DNA of 64,000 nt from a bacterium. Lineage in GTDB: Bacteria; UBA8248. A program made the translations under genes and the position numbers. Each line of letters starts with the position of its first letter. Positions within the stretch are counted from its first letter, which is position 1. The stretch covers positions 1,856,001 through 1,920,000 of the forward strand of contig OZ241875.1 of assembly GCA_965203325.1 (NCBI GenBank), given 5' to 3'. Under the pieces are notes generated by a model. It did not search any database, was not told the DNA's origin, and was given only the letters and a program-made list of their open reading frames with translations. Of the stretch, positions 58,195 to 64,000 are shown piece by piece.

Positions 58195-58610
58195 TTCCAA
58201 CTCCGTCCGCTCATGGTTCGGTAGAGGGCCGCTGCGTCCTCCATGAAGTCGCCCACTACCTCCAGGGCGGCTCGCGCCTTCTCGCCGCTGTAGGCGTGGG
58301 CGGTATCGACGCGCCCCTCCGCATAGCCCAGCCATCGTTCTACAGGAGCGGGTATCAAATCGTTCTCGAAGGCGAGCCTGAAGATGGGCTTGGGGCTGTT
58401 CGGAGAGTCCGCGACGCCCAGTTCTTCGACCAGGTATCGCTTGAGAACCTTCCAGAGGCAGTCGTAGCAGGTCTCGAAACGCCGGATGACCGACTCGGCC
58501 ACGGCTTCCTGGAGCAGTTGGGGTAGCGCCGCATCGAGATTCCGGTAATTCTCGTATTGCTCCTCAAGACGTCCGAGGGACATTTGAAAATTATCGTATT
58601 CAACCATCAT
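58191..58610 (-). CDS. HEPN (NTase_sub_bind/HI0074) toxin
   Basis: VIRRFETCYD..WK.LKRYL, SPKPIFR, R-X4-H (RVDTAH). Confidence 0.88.
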   Translation of the reverse strand: MMVEYDNFQMSLGRLEEQYENYRNLDAALPQLLQEAVAESVIRRFETCYDCLWKVLKRYLVEELGVADSPNSPKPIFRLAFENDLIPAPVERWLGYAEGRVDTAHAYSGEKARAALEVVGDFMEDAAALYRTMSGRSWK

Positions 58611-58860
58611 GCGCCTCACACCGCCCAAAAACCTTTATCCGCATCAAGTCTCAGCCATCATCCCAAACGGCATGGATTTGTCAAAGAACCTCGCCGCGCA
58701 TTTGCGGTGTGTGTCGAACGGTCGGGCGGGTTTCAGGGCGCGTTTCCCGGAGGCGTATGAGGAGGCGTCGAAATTCAGCCGGATTGACACCTCGGAAGGG
58801 CCTTTTTAGTATGGGGTCATTCTCGGGAAGGGGCGTCCGGATCATTGATAAGGAGTGGAT

Positions 58861-59331
58861 ATGCGAATCGGGAAACGGGTGTGCGCGCCGGCTTGCGCGG
58901 TGCTGATGGCGGTGATTCTTCTCCCCTCTTTTTCCGCAGGCCAGGACGAGCAGACGCTGCGCGGCGTGCAGAGGGTGCGCGTGCGAACGATGAAGAGCAT
59001 CAGCCGCGCGATGCGCCGGGTCAAGGTCTATACGAAAAAGGCGAACTACAAGCGCGTCGCGGCCGCGGCGGAGGAAATCGCGCTGCTCTCGGCGGCGATT
59101 CCCTACTTGAGCCCCAAGGGCAGCGCTTTCGGCAAGACGCGGATCAAGGCGGAAGTCTGGAGCCGGTTCGACGATTATACGAAAATCGCCAGGGATTCGG
59201 TCCAGATCGCGAGAGACCTCGCCAAGGCGGCCGGTGCGAAGGATAAGGCAGGCGTCTTGAAAGCGTTCAGCGCCCTGTCGGACAGCTGTACGCAGTGCCA
59301 CAAGCCGTACCGGAAGAAGAAAAGAAAATAG
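58861..59331 (+). CDS. cytochrome c' (class II cytochrome c)
   Basis: Signal peptide, helical bundle, C-terminal CTQCH..YR. Confidence 0.88.
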   Translation: MRIGKRVCAPACAVLMAVILLPSFSAGQDEQTLRGVQRVRVRTMKSISRAMRRVKVYTKKANYKRVAAAAEEIALLSAAIPYLSPKGSAFGKTRIKAEVWSRFDDYTKIARDSVQIARDLAKAAGAKDKAGVLKAFSALSDSCTQCHKPYRKKKRK

Positions 59332-59368
59332 ACCCGGCTACGCTCCATCAACAGATTCGAGGACGCGC

Positions 59369-60253
59369 TTGACGACACGGCCCACCATCCCCGGGCCCGA
59401 CCCGGATACGAAGCCGCCGACATTCGAGGTTCCCGAGGGAGCGGCGGATTGCCACTTTCATATCTTCGGGCCCGAGACGGATTATCCCTACGCGGAGCCG
59501 AGGCGCTACACGCCCGTCCAGGTACTGGAGAGCGACTACCGGAAGATGGCCGATGTATTGGGTCTCGCGCGTGGCGTCGTGGTGCAGGCGAGCCCCTATG
59601 GTGCTGACAACGCGCGAGTGCTCGAGGCGATTCGCGCCCTGGGGCCGGGCTATGTCGGCGTGGGCGTGGTGGATGCGGACGCCTCAGAAGAAAGGCTCGA
59701 TGAGCTGAACCGGCGCGGGGTCCGGGGCGCGCGCATCAACTCGGCCTCGGGCGGCAGGAGCGGAATCGAGCAGATGGAGGAGCTGGCCGCCAGAATCAAG
59801 GATTTCGGCTGGCACATGCAGTTTCACATACACGCTGAACAATTGGCTGAACTGGAGCCTGAGATAAGAAAATTGCCGGTCGACGTGGTGTTCGACCACA
59901 TGGGTCTTTTCCCCGCGGATTTGCCGCTGGCGCACCCTGATTTCCAGATGCTGCTGCGTTTGCTCGAAAGCGGAAACGCATGGGTGAAACTGAGCGGCGC
60001 CGAGCGGATATCCAGGAGCGGCCCTCCTTACCACGACGCCATCCCCGTGGCGCGCGCCCTGATCGACGCCGCGCCCGACCGGGTGGTGTGGGGCACGGAC
60101 TGGCCGCACACGAACGTGAAGCCCGTGATTCCCAACGACGGCGACTTGATGGACCTTCTCCCAGAATTCGCGCCCGATGAGAGGGTGCGCCGGAAAATAC
60201 TGGTGGATAATCCTTGTGCGCTCTACGGGTTCGGGGAACGAAAATCCCTCTGA
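59369..60253 (+). CDS. amidohydrolase_2 (LigI/2-pyrone-4,6-dicarboxylate lactonase-like)
   Basis: DCHFHIFG, VQASPYG.DN, FDHMG, WVKLSG, WGTDWPH. Confidence 0.9.
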   Translation: MTTRPTIPGPDPDTKPPTFEVPEGAADCHFHIFGPETDYPYAEPRRYTPVQVLESDYRKMADVLGLARGVVVQASPYGADNARVLEAIRALGPGYVGVGVVDADASEERLDELNRRGVRGARINSASGGRSGIEQMEELAARIKDFGWHMQFHIHAEQLAELEPEIRKLPVDVVFDHMGLFPADLPLAHPDFQMLLRLLESGNAWVKLSGAERISRSGPPYHDAIPVARALIDAAPDRVVWGTDWPHTNVKPVIPNDGDLMDLLPEFAPDERVRRKILVDNPCALYGFGERKSL

Positions 60254-60310
60254 GACGGGAAGCCCTGATTCCGTGATTTGGCGAATATAGTCGAGCGGAG
60301 AAGGGGGTCC

Positions 60311-60589
60311 GTAGGGGCGGTTCGCGAACCGCCCCTACAATGCGGATACGGTTATCTTTCGTCATTCCGGTGTCGGACCTGACCACCGCCGCCATTCCGG
60401 CGAAAGCCGGAATCCATTTTCAAGCAGAATGACAATACGCCGGCTTTTCATCTCTCCGTCATTGGCAGGAACAAATCAGAAAATAAAAAACAAAAGCAAA
60501 ACAAATGGATTCCGGCTTTCGCCGGAATGACGAACAAAACCGCACCGCCTTGCAGCGACCTCGGACAGGCACAGGGGCCTGTCCCTACA
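60311..60589. repeat. cluster of REP-like palindromes
   Basis: GTAGGGGCGGTTCGCGAACCGCCCCTAC (60311-60338); CATTCCGGCGAAAGCCGGAATCCATTT unit (60391-60419) and inverse 60503-60538; GACAGGCACAGGGGCCTGTCCCTAC. Confidence 0.85.
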
Positions 60590-60671
60590 GGCTCCTCTCT
60601 AATCGGCTCCATGCGCTGAATTACGAAATCAGGACTATTTCAATAACCTCAAGGCGAAAGGCCTTCGCGGG

Positions 60672-62123
60672 TCAGCTCCCCAGTTTCTCCCGGAGTATCT
60701 CCTGCAAGGCCTTGGGGTTGGCCTTGCCTCCGGTCGCCTTCATCGCCTGGCCGACGAAGAAACCCATGAGCTTCGTTCTTCCGCCCCGGTAGGCTTCGAC
60801 TTCTTCGGGGTTCGACGCGATCACATCATCCACGACGCTCTCGATGGCGCTCGTGTCCGTAATCTGCCTGAGTCCCTTCTCTTCCACGATGGCCTCGGGG
60901 TCCTTTCCGCTCTCCGCCATCTGGTCGAACACGGATTTCGCGATTTTCCCGCTGATGGTGCCGTCTGTGATGAGCGAGAGCATCCGGGCCAGCCGCTCGG
61001 GCGTTACAGGGCATTCCTCGATGGTGATCTTCCGTTCGTTCAACAGGCGCAACACGTCGCCCATCACCCAGTTGCTCGCCGCCTTGGCCTGTTCTTTTCC
61101 GGTCGCCGCAACGACCTGGTCGAAATAGGCGGCCAGTTCCTTCTCCGCCGTCAGCACTTCCGCATCGTATCGGGGGAGGCCGAACTCCTCCTGAAAGCGC
61201 TTGCTTTTGGCGTCGGGCAACTCCGGCAATTGCGCGCGGACTTCATCGAGCCATTTCGCATCCACGGTGAGCGGCACCAGATCGGGGTCCGGGAAATAGC
61301 GGTAGTCATGCGCGTATTCCTTCGACCGCATCCCCCGCGTCACGCCGCCAGATTCATCCCAAAGCCTGGTCTCCTGATGGATGGCGCCGCCGGCATCCAG
61401 GACTTCGCGCTGGCGCTTTTCTTCGTATTCGAGCGCGCGCCGAAGGTTTCTGAAAGAGTTCATGTTCTTGATTTCCACTTTCTCGCCGAATTTCTCCGAG
61501 CCTTGCGGCCTGAGGGAGATGTTGGCGTCGCAACGCAGGCTGCCTTCCTGCATGTTGCCGTCGGATATCCCCAGGTAGCGCACCAGGGTCCTGAGTTTCC
61601 GCATGTAGGATTCGGCGTCCTCGGGGTTTCTCAGTTCGGGCTCCGAGACGATTTCGAGCAGCGGCACGCCGGCGCGGTTGAGATCGGAATAAGAATGTTC
61701 CGGGTCTCCCAACTCGTCTCCATGAATCAGCTTGCCGGCGTCTTCTTCCATGTGGATTCTCGTGAGGTTGACGTTCACGTCCCGCCCGTCCCTGGTGACG
61801 AAATGAACGTTCCCCCCCGTGCAGATGGGCTCTTCGTATTGGCTGATTTGATATCCCTTGGGGAGGTCCGGATAGAAATAATGCTTTCGGGCGAACCGGC
61901 AGACCGGCGCAATCTCCGCCCCGACGGCCAGCCCGAGCCGCAGGGTGTATTCGATGACCTGCCGGTTCAAGACCGGCAGGACGCCGGGCAGCCCGAGGTC
62001 CACCGTGCAGGTATGTTCGTTCGGGCCTCCCCCGAACGCGGCGCTCGAGCCGCAGAATATCTTGCTTTCCGTATTCAGCTGGGCATGTACTTCAAGGCCT
62101 ATAACCGTTTCGTATGCCATCAT
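60672..62123 (-). CDS. gatB: Asp/Glu-tRNA amidotransferase subunit B
   Basis: IGLEVHAQL, RKHYFYPDLPKGYQISQ, HMEEDAGK, EGSLRCDAN, YRYFPDPDL. Confidence 0.98.
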   Translation of the reverse strand: MMAYETVIGLEVHAQLNTESKIFCGSSAAFGGGPNEHTCTVDLGLPGVLPVLNRQVIEYTLRLGLAVGAEIAPVCRFARKHYFYPDLPKGYQISQYEEPICTGGNVHFVTRDGRDVNVNLTRIHMEEDAGKLIHGDELGDPEHSYSDLNRAGVPLLEIVSEPELRNPEDAESYMRKLRTLVRYLGISDGNMQEGSLRCDANISLRPQGSEKFGEKVEIKNMNSFRNLRRALEYEEKRQREVLDAGGAIHQETRLWDESGGVTRGMRSKEYAHDYRYFPDPDLVPLTVDAKWLDEVRAQLPELPDAKSKRFQEEFGLPRYDAEVLTAEKELAAYFDQVVAATGKEQAKAASNWVMGDVLRLLNERKITIEECPVTPERLARMLSLITDGTISGKIAKSVFDQMAESGKDPEAIVEEKGLRQITDTSAIESVVDDVIASNPEEVEAYRGGRTKLMGFFVGQAMKATGGKANPKALQEILREKLGS

Positions 62124-62145
62124 CTCCCTCTATCGTTCATATGGT

Positions 62146-63618
62146 TCACAGCGGCGGGCGCGCTTCGTGGTGCGTCGTCGCGCTTTCGAACGCCGCCGCC
62201 GCTTGAAGAATCGTTTGTTCGGCAAAAGGTTTTCCGACCAGTTGAAGCCCTATCGGCAATCCTTCCGAGGTGAATCCGCAAGGCTGGCTGATGCCGGGAA
62301 GGCCGGCCAGGTTACACGGTATGGTCAGAATATCGGAGAGGTACATGCTGATGGGGTCATCGAGGCGCTCACCAATCTCGAAAGCGGGAGTCGGCGCCGT
62401 GGCCGACAGCACCACGTCGACGTTATCGAACGCGGTTTTGAAATCCCGGGAAATCAGTGTGCGGACTTTTTGCGCTTTCGTATAAAAGGCGTCGTAATAC
62501 CCGGAAGACAGCGCATAGGTGCCCAGCATGATGCGGCGTTTCACCTCATCGCCGAAGCCGGTTTTTCGGCTGGCCGCGTACATGCCGAACAGGGAACCGA
62601 ACGCGGAATCCCCTTCCTTGCGCACGCCGTAGCGGACCCCGTCGTAGCGCGCCAGATTGCTGCTCGCCTCCGCGGGGGCGAGGATGTAATAGACAGGCAG
62701 GGCGTATTGGGTATGAGGGAGAGAAATTTCGAGAATTTCCGCTCCCTGCTCCTCGAAGACGGCAATCGCATCCTGAACCGCCGCCTCGACCTCGGGGTCC
62801 ATCCCCTCGATAAAGTATTCTTCGGGAATGCCGATCTTGAGACCCTGAACCCCGGCCTCGATATTTTCCGTGTAATCGGGGACCGGTTCATCGGCCGAAG
62901 TGGAATCACGGGAGTCGTGACCGCTGACGGCGCCCAGCAGGATGGCGGCGTCCCGGACATTTTTCGCAAACGGGCCGATCTGGTCGAGAGAGCTGGCGAA
63001 GGCGATGAGCCCATAGCGCGAGATGCGTCCGTACGTGGGCTTCATGCCCACGACGCCGCAGCAGGAGGCCGGCTGGCGTATGGAGCCCCCGGTATCCGAA
63101 CCCAGGGAGACGACGCAGGAGCGCGCCGCGACGGCGGCGGCGGACCCGCCGCTGCTTCCTCCCGGGGTGGTTTTCAGGTTCCATGGGTTGTGGGTCGGCC
63201 CGAACGCGCTTTGCTCGCACGACGAACCCATGGCGAATTCGTCCATGTTCAATTTGCCGAGGATGACCGCGCCCGCGTCCTTGAGCCGGGCCACGGCGGT
63301 GGCGTCGTACGGGGCTTCGAAATTCTCCAGAAACCGCGAAGCGCAAGTGGTCTTCGTGCCCTTCATGCAGAGAAGGTCCTTGACGGCCACGGGGACCCCG
63401 AGAAGGGGGGAATCGTCGTCGCCGGCGCCGATTTTCTGATCGGCGGCGCGGGCGGCGACGATGGCCTCGTCCTCGAGAACGCTCAAATAGGCATGCACCC
63501 TCGCTTCGGTTTCGTCGATGCGTTCGAGATAGGCCCTGGCCAGTTCCTCTGCGCTGAATTCTTTGGCTCTCAGGTTTTCTGCGATTTCCGCGACGCTCAG
63601 ATAAAGCAACTCGTTCAT
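62146..63618 (-). CDS. gatA: Asp/Glu-tRNA amidotransferase subunit A
   Basis: [51 protein letters not shown]. Confidence 0.98.
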   Translation of the reverse strand: MNELLYLSVAEIAENLRAKEFSAEELARAYLERIDETEARVHAYLSVLEDEAIVAARAADQKIGAGDDDSPLLGVPVAVKDLLCMKGTKTTCASRFLENFEAPYDATAVARLKDAGAVILGKLNMDEFAMGSSCEQSAFGPTHNPWNLKTTPGGSSGGSAAAVAARSCVVSLGSDTGGSIRQPASCCGVVGMKPTYGRISRYGLIAFASSLDQIGPFAKNVRDAAILLGAVSGHDSRDSTSADEPVPDYTENIEAGVQGLKIGIPEEYFIEGMDPEVEAAVQDAIAVFEEQGAEILEISLPHTQYALPVYYILAPAEASSNLARYDGVRYGVRKEGDSAFGSLFGMYAASRKTGFGDEVKRRIMLGTYALSSGYYDAFYTKAQKVRTLISRDFKTAFDNVDVVLSATAPTPAFEIGERLDDPISMYLSDILTIPCNLAGLPGISQPCGFTSEGLPIGLQLVGKPFAEQTILQAAAAFESATTHHEARPPL

Positions 63619-63806
63619 TCGCACTCCTCGTCGATGTGTCCGTCAATACGCATTGCTTCGGGAGAAAACACCACGGGCGGACGGCTCGTCAAACCCGGCC
63701 CCCCGGAATCTTCATCGGGGCATCGGAAAAAAGCCGCTCCCGGCGAGAGGGGCCCGGCATTCGATACGCCTCCTTGCCCGCCTGGACCCGAGCGTTCGTT
63801 TTTTCC

Positions 63807-63998
63807 TCATGGGCGCCGGAGCAGAAAAGTGGCGTAGCCGAGAAACTGCCTGCCACCGCCGTCGTGGTATATCTCGAGGTCCCGTTGCCATCCATCGAGC
63901 GTATCCTGGGCTTCGAGCGAGTCCGCATATTCGAGCCGGTTCTCGATAATGGCGCGGGCTTGCGGGGCAAGAAAAGTTTCCCAGGCGTTCTCCGATTC
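63807..63998 (-). CDS. 3' end of a probable class I SAM-dependent methyltransferase (partial)
   Basis: Hand translation ...ESENAWETFLAPQ...WQRDLEIYHDGGGRQFLGYATFLLRRP*; open to the window edge. Confidence 0.5.
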   Translation of the reverse strand, partial: ESENAWETFLAPQARAIIENRLEYADSLEAQDTLDGWQRDLEIYHDGGGRQFLGYATFLLRRP

Positions 63999-64000
63999 GT

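Noticed and set aside
61945..63837. Long antisense ORFs (also 9113-10795, 45180-46589, 47814-49754)
   Set aside because: Shadow ORFs opposite well-supported genes, expected from high-GC codon bias

Overview
High-GC bacterial chromosome segment. Taxonomy is not determinable here; the gene style is compatible with a Nitrospinota/Tectomicrobia-like organism, which is inference only. 1-8.6 kb is a mobile/defence patch: a partial HD-CE conflict effector, an Abi-like gene, two translationally coupled tyrosine integrases, an AAA+DUF4143 gene, and an IS1182 copy with a nonsense mutation nested in a MITE-like element. 13-19 kb is a defence island: a fused Type IIG-like R-M enzyme, a conserved hypothetical, and a SAMHD1-like HD dNTPase with a YwgA/SocA-like partner; a second, diverged copy of that pair lies at 37-39 kb. 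tRNA-Sec is at 20.7 kb. 19.6-35 kb is a GntR-associated catabolic/ABC uptake region. The most notable locus is 43.4-57.8 kb. It holds two tandem PLP aromatic-amino-acid decarboxylases whose catalytic-loop Tyr appears replaced by Ile, a complete sigma-less partner-switching cascade (binding protein, TorS-like kinase, REC, REC-PP2C, RsbW, STAS), an NCS2 permease fused to a degenerate RsbW-like domain, and an NHLP-leader RiPP precursor (Trp-containing core) followed by a probable ABBA-fold prenyltransferase. The window ends with a HEPN/MNT pair, cytochrome c', an amidohydrolase, gatB-gatA and a partial methyltransferase.
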